A stretch of DNA of 64,000 nt from Candidatus Babelota bacterium. Its GTDB lineage: Bacteria > Babelota > Babeliae > Babelales > Vermiphilaceae. The stretch lies in assembly GCA_049325595.1 (NCBI GenBank), contig JBMOLF010000010.1, positions 220,113-284,112 on the forward strand, given 5' to 3'. The notes below the pieces were generated by a model, which saw only the letters and a list, made by a program, of their open reading frames with translations, was not told the origin of the DNA and made no database searches. Made by a program: the position numbers and the translations under genes. Of the stretch, positions 20,461 through 30,450 are shown piece by piece. How positions within the stretch are numbered: position 1 is the first letter of the stretch; every line of letters starts with the position of its first letter.

Positions 20461-23166
20461 CTAATCTTGTTCAATTATCTGCACATAACTACCGCGACTG
20501 TTTTTTTCAACAGTAAAATGTACAGGAAATTGATTTTTCATACCAGGTAAGTGTGAAACAATAATAATTTTTGCAAAATCTTCTTGTATAGCATACAAAG
20601 CCTCCATGATATGCTGCAATCCATCTTCATCTTGAGAGCCAAAACCCTCATCTATTATAAGTGTTTGAAGCGCTGTTCCAGATCTTCGTGCTAATAATTT
20701 AGAAATAGCTATTCTTAGAGCAAAATCAATTCTAAAGGCCTCGCCACCTGAAAAAAGCTCATAAGCTCTTAATCCACTCGCATCGGAAATTTTTATATCA
20801 AGTGTTTCTCGGGTACCGCCTTTTTTCAAATCGCGCAAAGACTCAATAAACAATTGTGTTTGATTGTCAGTTAATCGTGAAAGTAAGTGATTTGCTTCAT
20901 ATTCAATTTCAGGTAACACATCTTCAATTAATAATGCTTGAATGCCATCTTTACTAGTAGCTTGAGCAATTGCTTGATAATCATCGCATGCCTGTTCAAT
21001 TTCCTTAACTTTGTGTTGGATAGTAACTAACTCTTTTTGAAGTGTTGTTAAGCGTTCTGTTTTATGTACTAATCCAGCTTGAATTACTAGAAGTTCTTCT
21101 TTTTTTGTATATAATTCTTGTAAAACTTTTTCACATTCAATAAATCGGTTGTGAAGCTTAACTTCTTGTTTTGCTAAGAATTCGTAATCAGGTAATTGTT
21201 GTTGAAGAAGTTGAATGCGACTTTTTAATTGTTTTAATTCTATTTTGTCGGCGTGAATGCGTGCTTTGCGATCTTGTTGCTCGGATAACTGTTTTTGTGC
21301 TTCGTGAAGTAATTGCAGTTGTTTATCAAGTTCAGTCGCTTGTGCTTGAAGAGTTGCATGCTTTTGTTCATCATAGGCAAGAAGCTCTATTTCATTTTTT
21401 TTATTTTGTTGTTCTTTAATAAGAGCTTGATAGATAGAATCATTTTCTAATATTGCACTGTTTTTTAAGCGAGTAATCTCTTTTTCAGATTCCATTAATT
21501 CAGCATTTAGCTCTATTAGTTGTGCTTCCAGATTTTTGCGGGTATGTACATTGCCATCAATTTGTAATTGGAATTTCTCTTGTTGTTTTACTAATTCAGC
21601 TTGTTGGGCAATTGCAACGGCTATTGCTTGTTTATCTTTTTTTATTTGTTCATAATGGGCATGCTGCTCATACAATAAATCTTTTAATTTTTTGGTAATT
21701 TTTATTAATCGATTCAAGCGATGACGAATAAATTGTTCTTCATGACTTAATTTTTTGTTGAGAAACCGTTTGCGCGAGGCTGAAAGGTTTTGTTCACATA
21801 AAGGGCAAGATGGAGCTTCATTGTCTGCTAATAAAAGCTTATGCTTGACAGCATCAAGATTATTTTTAGTCATATTACCTAACGCTATCCATTTATGATA
21901 ATATTCCTTCCTTTTTTCAAATTGATGTTCTATAAAGCTATGATTTTGATTCTGTATTTTTTCAAGAGAGTGTGCAAGTTGTTGATGCTGTTTTTCTAAG
22001 GTAGTTTTTTCTTGTTCTATTTTGGTACTTTGTGCAATTAATTCTTGTAGACTTTTCTTAAGAAGTTGTTTTTCTAACTGATTTTTCTCAATTTTATTTT
22101 TTACTTGATCAATAGCATTAGTATGCTGTGATGTGAGAGTAAGCTCAAGTTGCTGACACTTAGTCTTAATAATCAGCAATTCCTCACTTAATGAAAGTTT
22201 TTTTTGCCATTGTAATTGGAAGTTAATCAAAGAGCTATTTATTTCTTGTTTTTTGATTAATATCTCTTCAAGCTGTTTAATACTTTTACGTCTACGATGC
22301 ACAGTTCGCGAAAGATCTATCAAGTTAAGCCAAAGAGACTTCTTTTTTTGAAATTCAGATTGTAGCAGATCAATTTGGTATAAGACTTGTTGTTGTTCTT
22401 GTTTTTTTGTTTGAAAATCAGTTTTTTCTTGCTCTAAATGGAGTTGAGTAATTTTGATTTTTTCTAACGATGTTTGCGTTTCTTGTAATGCCTTAGTGAT
22501 ACCTGCTTTTTCATCAAGAGCCGGCAGTAACAATTGTATTTCTTGGTTTATTTTTTCTTCAGTCGATGCAAGCGTGTTTTTTGCAAGAAGTAATGTTCGT
22601 GTTTTTTCTTGCGCTTTTTTTCTAATAATTTCGTAGGTATTAAGACCTAATATATTTGCTAAAATTTCTTTACGCTCTTTAGGTGATTTTTTTGAAAACT
22701 CATTTGATTGACCTTGTCGTAAAAAAGCTGAGTTGATGAATGAATCATAATCTAATTTAAGAGTATTTTCGATTTTAGCTTGGGTTTCACGAATAGTCTT
22801 ATCGGTCAAAGAAACATACTTTTCTGTTTCTGGTTCAAGAAGGCCAAAATCAAGTGATGCATGGGGTTTACCATATAAAAAAGAATATTCACGTCTAACT
22901 CGATAGGTCTGCCTATTGCATTGAAAATCTAAGATCACCAGCATATTAGTTTGTCCAAGTCTTAAAAGACCCTGGTCTGCTTTGGCTATACCCCCAATTT
23001 TTCGTGCTTGTCCCCAAATAGCCCACGTAATGGCGTCTAGTAATGCTGATTTGCCATGACCATTTTTCCCTGAAAGACAAATAAGTTGATAGTGATTAAA
23101 ATCAATAGTTTGTAGGTCAGAACCATAGCTCAAAAAGTTTTTGATTTGTAGACGTAACGGTATCAT
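20461..23166 (-). CDS. sbcC: SbcC/Rad50-like SMC ATPase
   Basis: Walker A GKNGHGKS, Q-loop LRQG, central CPLC zinc hook within coiled coil, FSGGE signature, IDEGFGSQD, IVSH. Confidence 0.93.
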   Translation of the reverse strand: MIPLRLQIKNFLSYGSDLQTIDFNHYQLICLSGKNGHGKSALLDAITWAIWGQARKIGGIAKADQGLLRLGQTNMLVILDFQCNRQTYRVRREYSFLYGKPHASLDFGLLEPETEKYVSLTDKTIRETQAKIENTLKLDYDSFINSAFLRQGQSNEFSKKSPKERKEILANILGLNTYEIIRKKAQEKTRTLLLAKNTLASTEEKINQEIQLLLPALDEKAGITKALQETQTSLEKIKITQLHLEQEKTDFQTKKQEQQQVLYQIDLLQSEFQKKKSLWLNLIDLSRTVHRRRKSIKQLEEILIKKQEINSSLINFQLQWQKKLSLSEELLIIKTKCQQLELTLTSQHTNAIDQVKNKIEKNQLEKQLLKKSLQELIAQSTKIEQEKTTLEKQHQQLAHSLEKIQNQNHSFIEHQFEKRKEYYHKWIALGNMTKNNLDAVKHKLLLADNEAPSCPLCEQNLSASRKRFLNKKLSHEEQFIRHRLNRLIKITKKLKDLLYEQHAHYEQIKKDKQAIAVAIAQQAELVKQQEKFQLQIDGNVHTRKNLEAQLIELNAELMESEKEITRLKNSAILENDSIYQALIKEQQNKKNEIELLAYDEQKHATLQAQATELDKQLQLLHEAQKQLSEQQDRKARIHADKIELKQLKSRIQLLQQQLPDYEFLAKQEVKLHNRFIECEKVLQELYTKKEELLVIQAGLVHKTERLTTLQKELVTIQHKVKEIEQACDDYQAIAQATSKDGIQALLIEDVLPEIEYEANHLLSRLTDNQTQLFIESLRDLKKGGTRETLDIKISDASGLRAYELFSGGEAFRIDFALRIAISKLLARRSGTALQTLIIDEGFGSQDEDGLQHIMEALYAIQEDFAKIIIVSHLPGMKNQFPVHFTVEKNSRGSYVQIIEQD

Positions 23167-23232
23167 GTATTTCCCCAGCTAAATATATGCTACTAAACAT
23201 AACACCTTTGGCTGGGGTTAGGAATAGTGAAA

Positions 23233-23757
23233 TTATTTAAAAATATTGTCTATTATTTGAGTAACATCAACCGGTTTATTTCCAATGATTTCTTTTTCAC
23301 CAATATTGTTGGTTAAAGGAATTCCTGATTCTGTTTCTCCTGCTACACCCGCTGCTTTACCTATTTGAGGAACTACCCGTTCGCCATCAAATTTTACCAG
23401 TATCCTTTTTTCAATACGTTGTGCTGGAAACCGAATGGTCAAATTTTTCTCTTTTTTGTTTCCTAAATAGCTTAAAAGAAGAACAATATCAAATCTCTTA
23501 TTGTTAATGTTGGCTATGCGCAATTTTCCTTTTGGTTCAATAGTGTATTCGTAATCAGTTAATATTTTTTTATGTTCATCTGTTTCTCCGTATGCACGGT
23601 AAACCTGTATAGTAATTGGCGCCTTGCTTTTATTACTGAGCTCGAATTGCCATTGATCATATGGTTTACTTGCTTTAGGACCTTGCTCTATTTTGTATTG
23701 GCATTGAATAGCTACAGTGCTAAATAACAATATAATAAAAATAGTAAGATTTTTCAT
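23233..23757 (-). CDS. Secreted hypothetical protein, paralog A of tandem triplet
   Basis: Signal-peptide-like N-terminus; WQFELSNKS and TESGIPLTNN motifs shared with both neighbours. Confidence 0.8.
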   Translation of the reverse strand: MKNLTIFIILLFSTVAIQCQYKIEQGPKASKPYDQWQFELSNKSKAPITIQVYRAYGETDEHKKILTDYEYTIEPKGKLRIANINNKRFDIVLLLSYLGNKKEKNLTIRFPAQRIEKRILVKFDGERVVPQIGKAAGVAGETESGIPLTNNIGEKEIIGNKPVDVTQIIDNIFK

Positions 23758-23788
23758 AGTATGCTCACTTTTTATAGATTTTTACTCA

Positions 23789-24358
23789 TCAAACTTCACC
23801 ATAAACATCATCCACATCAACATCATCCCATAAGGTTCGTTCTATCTGAGGTTCAGGATTACCGGTGATTTCACCGTCAGTTATATTATTTAATAATGGA
23901 ATACCTGATTCAGTTGCTTGCCACCCTTGTTTAAAAAGACTTGTATGTCCGGCCTGCGGTCTAATAATCGAATTTTCATAAGTAATAAAAATATTTTTAT
24001 CTGGAGCAAATGTGTAAGTTCTAGAGCCGATAGAAGGTGTTCTTATATCAAGAGATATATTTGAAAGGTAAGGCAAAACAGCTCTAAATTTTGGTGCATT
24101 AAACAATTTCAATGAGAATGTTTTTGCCGGCAATACCGCCATAGTTATCGGCTGATCATTATGCTTTACTATTATATGAAGTTTTTCTTTGCTACGATTT
24201 ACCAATTCAAAGTTCCATTTTTTCAAAGGTGCAGTTGCTCGTGGGGTTTCTTCGGTGTCGGTAACTATTGACTGAGGGTCAACTGGTGATTTGAATTTAG
24301 TGTCTTGTGGGTGACAATTTATCCCCAATAAAATAATAGGTACTAATATGTATTTCAT
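23789..24358 (-). CDS. Secreted hypothetical protein, paralog B of tandem triplet
   Basis: Start MKYILVP after GGAG; WNFELVNRS and TESGIPLLNN motifs. Confidence 0.8.
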   Translation of the reverse strand: MKYILVPIILLGINCHPQDTKFKSPVDPQSIVTDTEETPRATAPLKKWNFELVNRSKEKLHIIVKHNDQPITMAVLPAKTFSLKLFNAPKFRAVLPYLSNISLDIRTPSIGSRTYTFAPDKNIFITYENSIIRPQAGHTSLFKQGWQATESGIPLLNNITDGEITGNPEPQIERTLWDDVDVDDVYGEV

Positions 24359-24374
24359 AAAAAATGACTCCATT

Positions 24375-24905
24375 TTAATCAACTATAATTATGTCACCCT
24401 GAGTAACGTTATTATCAAGAGGTAATCCCGATTTAGTTGTTTTTTTCATTTTTTGTAATGGATTTACAAAACCTTCTTGGGGATGAACATCGCCATCTTC
24501 GTAACTTAGAAAAATATTTTTACCACGAGTAAATCGGCGCTCTATTTTTTTTGTTCCATCGTCTTCTTGGGTTTGAATAATCAAATCAATATTAGTAGTT
24601 TGCGGAAGAACGGCTCTAATTTTGGGTGTTTGTGTTGGTAAAAATTTGCCCGTTAAGATTTTATCTAAAATAGTGAACATACCTATTTTAACGATCACTC
24701 GAATTTCTCTATTACTTCGATTTGCTAACTCAAAATTCCATTTATCATAGGGTTTTGTTGCAAAAAAGCCTGTTTCTATTTTATCGTCGTCGAGCAAGGC
24801 TTTATAATCACCTGGTCCATAATTTAGAACTTCTGTTGAAAATGAATTTGCTGCAATTAAAACTGTTATTATAAAAAAATTAAAAAATAATTTAAATTTA
24901 GTCAT
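24375..24905 (-). CDS. Secreted hypothetical protein, paralog C of tandem triplet
   Basis: AAGGAG RBS, signal peptide; WNFELANRS and TKSGLPLDNN motifs. Confidence 0.8.
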   Translation of the reverse strand: MTKFKLFFNFFIITVLIAANSFSTEVLNYGPGDYKALLDDDKIETGFFATKPYDKWNFELANRSNREIRVIVKIGMFTILDKILTGKFLPTQTPKIRAVLPQTTNIDLIIQTQEDDGTKKIERRFTRGKNIFLSYEDGDVHPQEGFVNPLQKMKKTTKSGLPLDNNVTQGDIIIVD

Positions 24906-25104
24906 ATTATTATCTCCTTTTAAATATTAGTATAAAAAATTTTCAATTTGAAAATCAATCAAGAGAAAAAATTAAATCTGATTAAAATTAAGCTAGAAGC
25001 TTTTTTTTCAGTTATACTAATAATTAGTAATGACAAATGCATAAATAAAATTGCTTGATGTACTAAGAAATGGTTTTTTACCTTATCTTAGTAAGGAGAA
25101 AACC

Positions 25105-26505
25105 ATGCGTGATGCAATATTTAGAGAATATGATATTAGAGGCATAGTTGGGGTTGATTTTGCTCTAGAAGAAATTTATGACCTTTCACGAGCAATGGCC
25201 TATTATTTTAAAGAACAAAACACATTTGTAAAGACCATTGCAGTAGGAATGGATGGTAGAATTCATTCCCCGCTGATAAAAGAACAATTGGTAAAAGGGT
25301 TAATTGAAAGCGGTCTTGATGTTGTTTTTGTAGGAATTTGTCCCTCACCCGCTTTATATTTTTCTATGTTTAATATGCCCGTTGATGCGGGAATTATGAT
25401 TACCGCATCACATAATCCTAAAGAATATAATGGCTTTAAAATATTATTAGGTACATCAAATGTGTGGGGCGATCAATTAAAGGTTATACGTGATTATTAT
25501 CAACAAAAAAAATATATAACCAGTAATTACCAAGGAACTACACAAGAACAACCAATCATACCAGCTTATGTTACCTGGCTTTCTGAACATTTTAGCCATT
25601 TGAAAAATATGGAATTGCGTGTTGCTATAGATTGTGGTAATGCTGCTGGTGGTACGGTTGTCCCTTTATTAATTGAAAAAATGAATTGGCAGCATGTTGA
25701 TGTATTGTGTGCAGAAGTCGATGGCAATTATCCTAATCATGAAGCCGATCCTTGTGTTGAACAGAACATGCTTGATGTTAAAGAATGTATGAAAACTGGT
25801 TCTTATGATTTAGGAATTGGCCTTGATGGTGACTGTGATCGTATGGTTCCTATGACAGCTTCAGGCTACTTGGTGCCTGGTGATAAGTTATTTGCGTTAT
25901 ATGCACAAGATGTTTTAACACACAACAAAAAAGCTTCTGTAGTAGTAGATATTAAAAGTTCATCAGGATTGTTGGAATTATTAGAAAAGTGGGACGCTTG
26001 TTTGGTAATTTCACCATCTGGACATGCGATAATTAAAGATCAAATGAAAAAAAATAATGCTCTATTAGCCGGAGAATTGAGTTGTCACTTTTTCTTTGCT
26101 GATCGCTATTTTGGCTATGACGATGGTATTTATGCCTTTTTAAGGCTTTTTGATATTTTGTATAAATCAGGCAAGACCCTTGAAGAATTGCTTACGATTT
26201 TTCCTAAAAAATATAGTTCTTCTGAAATTAGATTATCCTGTGCAGAACAACAAAAACAAACAATAATTAATATGATAAAAAATGAATTTACCTTAAAACC
26301 ATATACAAAACTTATTACCGTTGATGGCGTTCGTGCGGTTATGCCGTATGGATGGGGTATAATTAGAGCATCTAATACACAAGAAGTATTAAGTATGCGT
26401 TTTGAATCTGATTCTGAGCACGGTCTTGAGCAAATAAAAGATGATTTTAAATTAATTTTGCGTCAATATTATGATTTTTCTACTCTGCAAAAATATTTTA
26501 ATTAG
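25105..26505 (+). CDS. Phosphomannomutase/phosphoglucomutase
   Basis: IFREYDIRG, ITASHNP, DGDCDR, GELSCH, RASNT; AAGGAG RBS before ATG at 25105. Confidence 0.95.
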   Translation: MRDAIFREYDIRGIVGVDFALEEIYDLSRAMAYYFKEQNTFVKTIAVGMDGRIHSPLIKEQLVKGLIESGLDVVFVGICPSPALYFSMFNMPVDAGIMITASHNPKEYNGFKILLGTSNVWGDQLKVIRDYYQQKKYITSNYQGTTQEQPIIPAYVTWLSEHFSHLKNMELRVAIDCGNAAGGTVVPLLIEKMNWQHVDVLCAEVDGNYPNHEADPCVEQNMLDVKECMKTGSYDLGIGLDGDCDRMVPMTASGYLVPGDKLFALYAQDVLTHNKKASVVVDIKSSSGLLELLEKWDACLVISPSGHAIIKDQMKKNNALLAGELSCHFFFADRYFGYDDGIYAFLRLFDILYKSGKTLEELLTIFPKKYSSSEIRLSCAEQQKQTIINMIKNEFTLKPYTKLITVDGVRAVMPYGWGIIRASNTQEVLSMRFESDSEHGLEQIKDDFKLILRQYYDFSTLQKYFN

Positions 26506-26514
26506 GTTATCTCA

Positions 26515-27336
26515 GTGAAACAAGTTGGATTACACATACGATTAACAGATAGTTTATTAGGTGTAGCGCAAAAAGCTGCTCTGCTTAATATTCCTTTTTT
26601 CCAATGCTTTGTAATAGATCAAGCTACTAATAGAATCATTAAACCAACTGATCAAGAAATTGAAGAATTTGTAACCTATTGCAGATTGCCTTTTATTAAG
26701 CGATTTTTACACGCTTCTTATTGGATTAATTTGTCTGCCGTGAATCATTTTAATAATAAATTATTTGAACGGGAATTTAATCTTGCCCAAAAACTTGAGT
26801 TTACTCATATGATTTTGCACCCAGGTGCGGCAACAGGAAGCAAACAAAAACAAGCAGGAATTCATGCCTTGGCTCAAGCTTTAAATCGCATACTCAAGGT
26901 GGAATCGACTGTTAAAATAGTTCTTGAAAATACTGCCCATGGCGGCATATCAGTTGGTGGTGACTTCAATGATTTTAAATTACTTCTAGAGCAATTAGAG
27001 CATCCTGAAAAATTATATTTTTGTTTGGATACTGCACATGCTTTTTCTTATGGATATGATATCGAAACTGAAAAAGGACAACGAGATTTTATTAATCTGG
27101 TTGATAAAACTATTGGGATACAAAAAATTGAATTGATTCACTTGAATGATACTAAGGAAAAAAAAGGTAGCAAAATAGATCGTCATGAGATTCCTGGAAA
27201 AGGTCATATTGGCGAAAATGCATTAAAAGCCTTTGTTAATCAGCCTGAATTTGTAGATTTGCCAGTGTTATTAGAGTTGCCTGTAATGCCATTGGTAGAA
27301 GAAACAACCATCTTAGGGGCGGTTCGAAACTGGTGA
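26515..27336 (+). CDS. nfo: Endonuclease IV (AP endonuclease family 2)
   Basis: HASYWINL, HPG, LENTA, CLDTAH, HLND, DRHE. Confidence 0.93.
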   Translation: MKQVGLHIRLTDSLLGVAQKAALLNIPFFQCFVIDQATNRIIKPTDQEIEEFVTYCRLPFIKRFLHASYWINLSAVNHFNNKLFEREFNLAQKLEFTHMILHPGAATGSKQKQAGIHALAQALNRILKVESTVKIVLENTAHGGISVGGDFNDFKLLLEQLEHPEKLYFCLDTAHAFSYGYDIETEKGQRDFINLVDKTIGIQKIELIHLNDTKEKKGSKIDRHEIPGKGHIGENALKAFVNQPEFVDLPVLLELPVMPLVEETTILGAVRNW

Positions 27337-27363
27337 TTGTTTTATTAAAAAAGGAGATAGGGT

Positions 27364-28368
27364 ATGCGTATAGCAATAAATGGTTTTGGTAGAATTGGCA
27401 GAAATTTTTTACGAGTAATTCTGTCCGATAAAATAGCATCTCAAAAAATTACCATTGTGGCGATCAATATTGGTCCTGGTCACATTGCTAATACTGCACA
27501 TCTTTTTAAATATGACACTCTTATGGGAACCTATCATGAACCTGTTTTGGTAGAGGATAATTATCTAGTAATTGGAAACAATCGTATACAGCTCTATGCA
27601 ATAGCAGAACCAGCCGATTTACCGTGGAAAAGTCTTGATATTGATTGGGTAGTTGATGCATCAGGAAAATTTACTAAGCGGGAGTTAGCAGAAAAACATC
27701 TTCAAGCTGGTGCTAAAGCAGTGCTCATAACAGCGCCGGCTAAAGGTGATGATATAAGTATTATTCCTGGAATTAATGATGCTGAGTTTGATAAACAAAA
27801 ACATAAAATTGTTTCTCTGGGAAGTTGCACTACTAATGCTTTCATGCCAATTTTAAAAATTATTAATGATGCTTGTGAAATTGAACAAGGATTTATGACG
27901 ACGGTCCATGCCTATACAAATTCTCAGGTATTGTTAGATGTCGAAGATAAAGATTTGCGAATGTCTCGTGCCGCTGCATTAAATATTATTCCTGCCGGTA
28001 CAGGTGCTGCAAAAATGATTGGCAAAGTTATCCCAAGCTTAGAAAATAAAATTAAAGCAACGGCATTACGTGTACCTGTTGCTAAAGTTTCTTTAATGGA
28101 TGTAGTTTTAATCACCAAAAAAAAGAGCAATATTCAACAAATTAATGATCTATTTATATCTGCCTCCCAAACATCATTAAAAGGAATTGTTGCTCTTTCT
28201 CAAGAACCACTAGTTTCAAGTGATTATTCTGGATCACCTTATTCGGTAGTTATTGATGGTCTACTTACTGGATCATTTGGTAATATGCACAAAATATGTG
28301 GTTGGTATGATAATGAATGGGGATATAGTGAACGCCTTAAAGATTTTTTGATTTTAGCGCTTAAATAA
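27364..28368 (+). CDS. gap: Type I glyceraldehyde-3-phosphate dehydrogenase family protein (divergent)
   Basis: INGFGRIGR, SCTTN catalytic Cys, TTVHAYT, WYDNEWGYS. Confidence 0.9.
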   Translation: MRIAINGFGRIGRNFLRVILSDKIASQKITIVAINIGPGHIANTAHLFKYDTLMGTYHEPVLVEDNYLVIGNNRIQLYAIAEPADLPWKSLDIDWVVDASGKFTKRELAEKHLQAGAKAVLITAPAKGDDISIIPGINDAEFDKQKHKIVSLGSCTTNAFMPILKIINDACEIEQGFMTTVHAYTNSQVLLDVEDKDLRMSRAAALNIIPAGTGAAKMIGKVIPSLENKIKATALRVPVAKVSLMDVVLITKKKSNIQQINDLFISASQTSLKGIVALSQEPLVSSDYSGSPYSVVIDGLLTGSFGNMHKICGWYDNEWGYSERLKDFLILALK

Positions 28369-28415
28369 GAAAGAAATGCCACAAAAGGTTTCAGTTGCCA
28401 CATTTTTATTCAAAA

Positions 28416-28443
28416 TTGACAAATAGTATATATTTAGTAAGCT
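28416..28443 (+). promoter_or_regulatory. Putative sigma70 promoter of the 28474 gene
   Basis: TTGACA-16 nt-TAAGCT about 30 nt before the start codon. Confidence 0.5.
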
Positions 28444-28473
28444 TTATAATAACCTAGATAAATGGAGGTTATT

Positions 28474-29463
28474 ATGAACAAATTTCTTGCCGTTTTAACG
28501 CTTATTTTTACGACTTATTTATCAACTTTTGGCTATACTAAAAAAATTGAATATTTAAAAAATCCTAAAACTAATGCTGAAGTTCATATTTTTTATGATT
28601 TTCATGCCGATGAAAAATTTCCTGGCCAAGTAAAACAGCAGGTGCAAGAAATTATTGAAGCAGCTCAACAGAAAAATGCTCATATAATCATTGAAAATAC
28701 TTTTGATTACCATGGTAAGCATACCTTAGTAAAACAAGATTTAGCATTCTTTAAATATATGCGTAAAGCGTTATTGTTACGCGATGTACAGGATCTTGCA
28801 CATAAAAACAAGATTTCAATTGAAAATGTCGAGTATCGCCAAGATCGCGAATATTCGGTTAATGAAAATCGCTTATCTGCTCATGATGCGCTTGATCCAG
28901 TTTCTGAGGCTTTAAAGGCAGTCAAAAATTTTAAAGGTGATGTTTTAAGAGAGTATTATCAAGAAGTGATTAATGACATTGAACCGATTCATCAAGAAAT
29001 TATTAAACTTTTCAAACCAAACCAGTCTATTTTTAAACAACTTCCAAATAAAAACATTCAGACGAAACTTGGAGAAATAAAAAAAGAGTTACCAACAGAT
29101 TGTGCAGATATGCAGAATGGTGATGTTGTTTTGTATTATGATGCACGATTATTAAATCCACTTATTGTAGATAGCATTTATGAAAAGCAAGTTGCCAATG
29201 ATAAACATTCATGTATTTTTGTGATTGCTGGTTCGTACCACGCATTTGAAATAAGTAATGTTTTGCAAATGCAGTTAAACTATCAATTAGTAAAAGAAGG
29301 GGGAACTGATCAAGGCGCATTTATTCCAGCAGCTAGTAAAATTGAATTGGCGCAGATTAAACAATTTTTTAATGATAATCTCACCTCAAATGCTCCTGTA
29401 GCAGTACCCGATATTAAACAGCATCTTTCCCATCTTTTTGCACCAAGTTATCTTATTATTTAA
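28474..29463 (+). CDS. Secreted hypothetical protein, possible EreA/ChaN/TraB-like fold
   Basis: GGAGG RBS, signal peptide MNKFLAVLTLIFTTYLSTFG; motifs VHIFYDFH, IIIE, IFVIAGSYH. Confidence 0.7.
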   Translation: MNKFLAVLTLIFTTYLSTFGYTKKIEYLKNPKTNAEVHIFYDFHADEKFPGQVKQQVQEIIEAAQQKNAHIIIENTFDYHGKHTLVKQDLAFFKYMRKALLLRDVQDLAHKNKISIENVEYRQDREYSVNENRLSAHDALDPVSEALKAVKNFKGDVLREYYQEVINDIEPIHQEIIKLFKPNQSIFKQLPNKNIQTKLGEIKKELPTDCADMQNGDVVLYYDARLLNPLIVDSIYEKQVANDKHSCIFVIAGSYHAFEISNVLQMQLNYQLVKEGGTDQGAFIPAASKIELAQIKQFFNDNLTSNAPVAVPDIKQHLSHLFAPSYLII

Positions 29464-29486
29464 TGTTATCGTAATAATGAATTACC

Positions 29487-29514
29487 AAAGCCTGGGTTAA
29501 ATCCAGGCTTTTTT
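29487..29514 (+). terminator. Intrinsic terminator
   Basis: aaagcctgg-gttaaat-ccaggcttt plus T-run. Confidence 0.8.
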
Positions 29515-29585
29515 CATAAAAGGACTTCACAAGTGTACTATTTTCACGTAGTATAATGGTACGAAATATGCAAACAAAAATATGG

Positions 29586-29662
29586 GGGCCCATAGCTCAG
29601 CTGGTCAGAGCAATCGGCTCATAACCGAGAGGTCCCAGGTTCAAGTCCTGGTGGGCCCACCA
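29586..29662 (+). tRNA. tRNA with CAT anticodon, most likely tRNA-Ile2 (lysidine-modified)
   Basis: Cloverleaf with GGGCCCA/TGGGCCC acceptor stem, loop CTCATAA, encoded CCA; paired 1:72 and no GGG/CCC anticodon stem so not the initiator; acceptor stem resembles Ile2 rather than elongator Met. Confidence 0.85.
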
Positions 29663-29712
29663 GCTGTAACTGGTGGCTACTCATTGCACCCCCTTTACTC
29701 AAGAGAGGTACT

Positions 29713-30417
29713 ATGAGCGAAACGCCACTTCAGTTATTTGTTAACCTTATTCAATTTGATCAATCTTTATTAAAAATTGAATCCAGCATATCAGTTCTTA
29801 ACAACCAGATCCAAGAAGCTGTTCATCAAAAAACTCAATTACAAAATCAACTTGAAGCATTAAAATCCCGTGCTCTTTTGCAAAGAAAAAAGGTAGATGC
29901 ACTAGAACTTGAAATGAAACATATTGATGAAAAAATTTCTCGTAAAAAAGAGCAACTTGATAATGTAATGGGACATCGTGAATATCTTTCATTGAAAGCC
30001 GAAATTGATAATTTTAAAAAGCAACAACATGAACTAGAAGATTCATTGATTAGTTCATGGAATGATCTTGAAAATGTTCAAAAAGAACTAGATAATACTA
30101 TCTTAAAAGTTCATGAACAACTTAATCTTATACAGCAAGAAGAACATAACAAAAAAGTTCGCATAGAAGAATTAGAAAAAGAATTTTCTTTGCTTGCGCA
30201 ACAGCGTGCTGAAAAAGAAAAAGGAATACCCGAAGAATGGCTTGAAAAATATACTGCTATGCGTGCAAAAATAGCAGATCCAGTAGTTCCTGTTGTTGAT
30301 AAAACATGCAGTGGGTGTGCATTTCTTATTTCTGACCAGGATATGTTGCAGCTGCGACATAATAAATTGGTACAATGTAAAAGTTGTTTTAGATTATTGT
30401 ATATGACACCACATTAA
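29713..30417 (+). CDS. Coiled-coil C4-type zinc-ribbon protein (DUF164/CdsZ-like)
   Basis: Long coiled coil, then CSGC...CKSCFRLLY; adjacent to RNase H as often seen. Confidence 0.88.
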   Translation: MSETPLQLFVNLIQFDQSLLKIESSISVLNNQIQEAVHQKTQLQNQLEALKSRALLQRKKVDALELEMKHIDEKISRKKEQLDNVMGHREYLSLKAEIDNFKKQQHELEDSLISSWNDLENVQKELDNTILKVHEQLNLIQQEEHNKKVRIEELEKEFSLLAQQRAEKEKGIPEEWLEKYTAMRAKIADPVVPVVDKTCSGCAFLISDQDMLQLRHNKLVQCKSCFRLLYMTPH

Positions 30418-30450
30418 CATTATTTTAATTGCCTTTTATTTGAGGATAGG

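Noticed and set aside
20365..20550. 61-aa plus-strand ORF
   Set aside because: Antisense to the sbcC 3' end and the GlcG-like remnant; no coding evidence
20461..23166. SMC-like gene as part of a Wadjet/Lamassu-type defence system with the three upstream ORFs
   Set aside because: Zinc hook and DEGFG motif fit ordinary SbcC; the neighbours have signal peptides and no nuclease or kleisin features; sbcD may simply lie elsewhere
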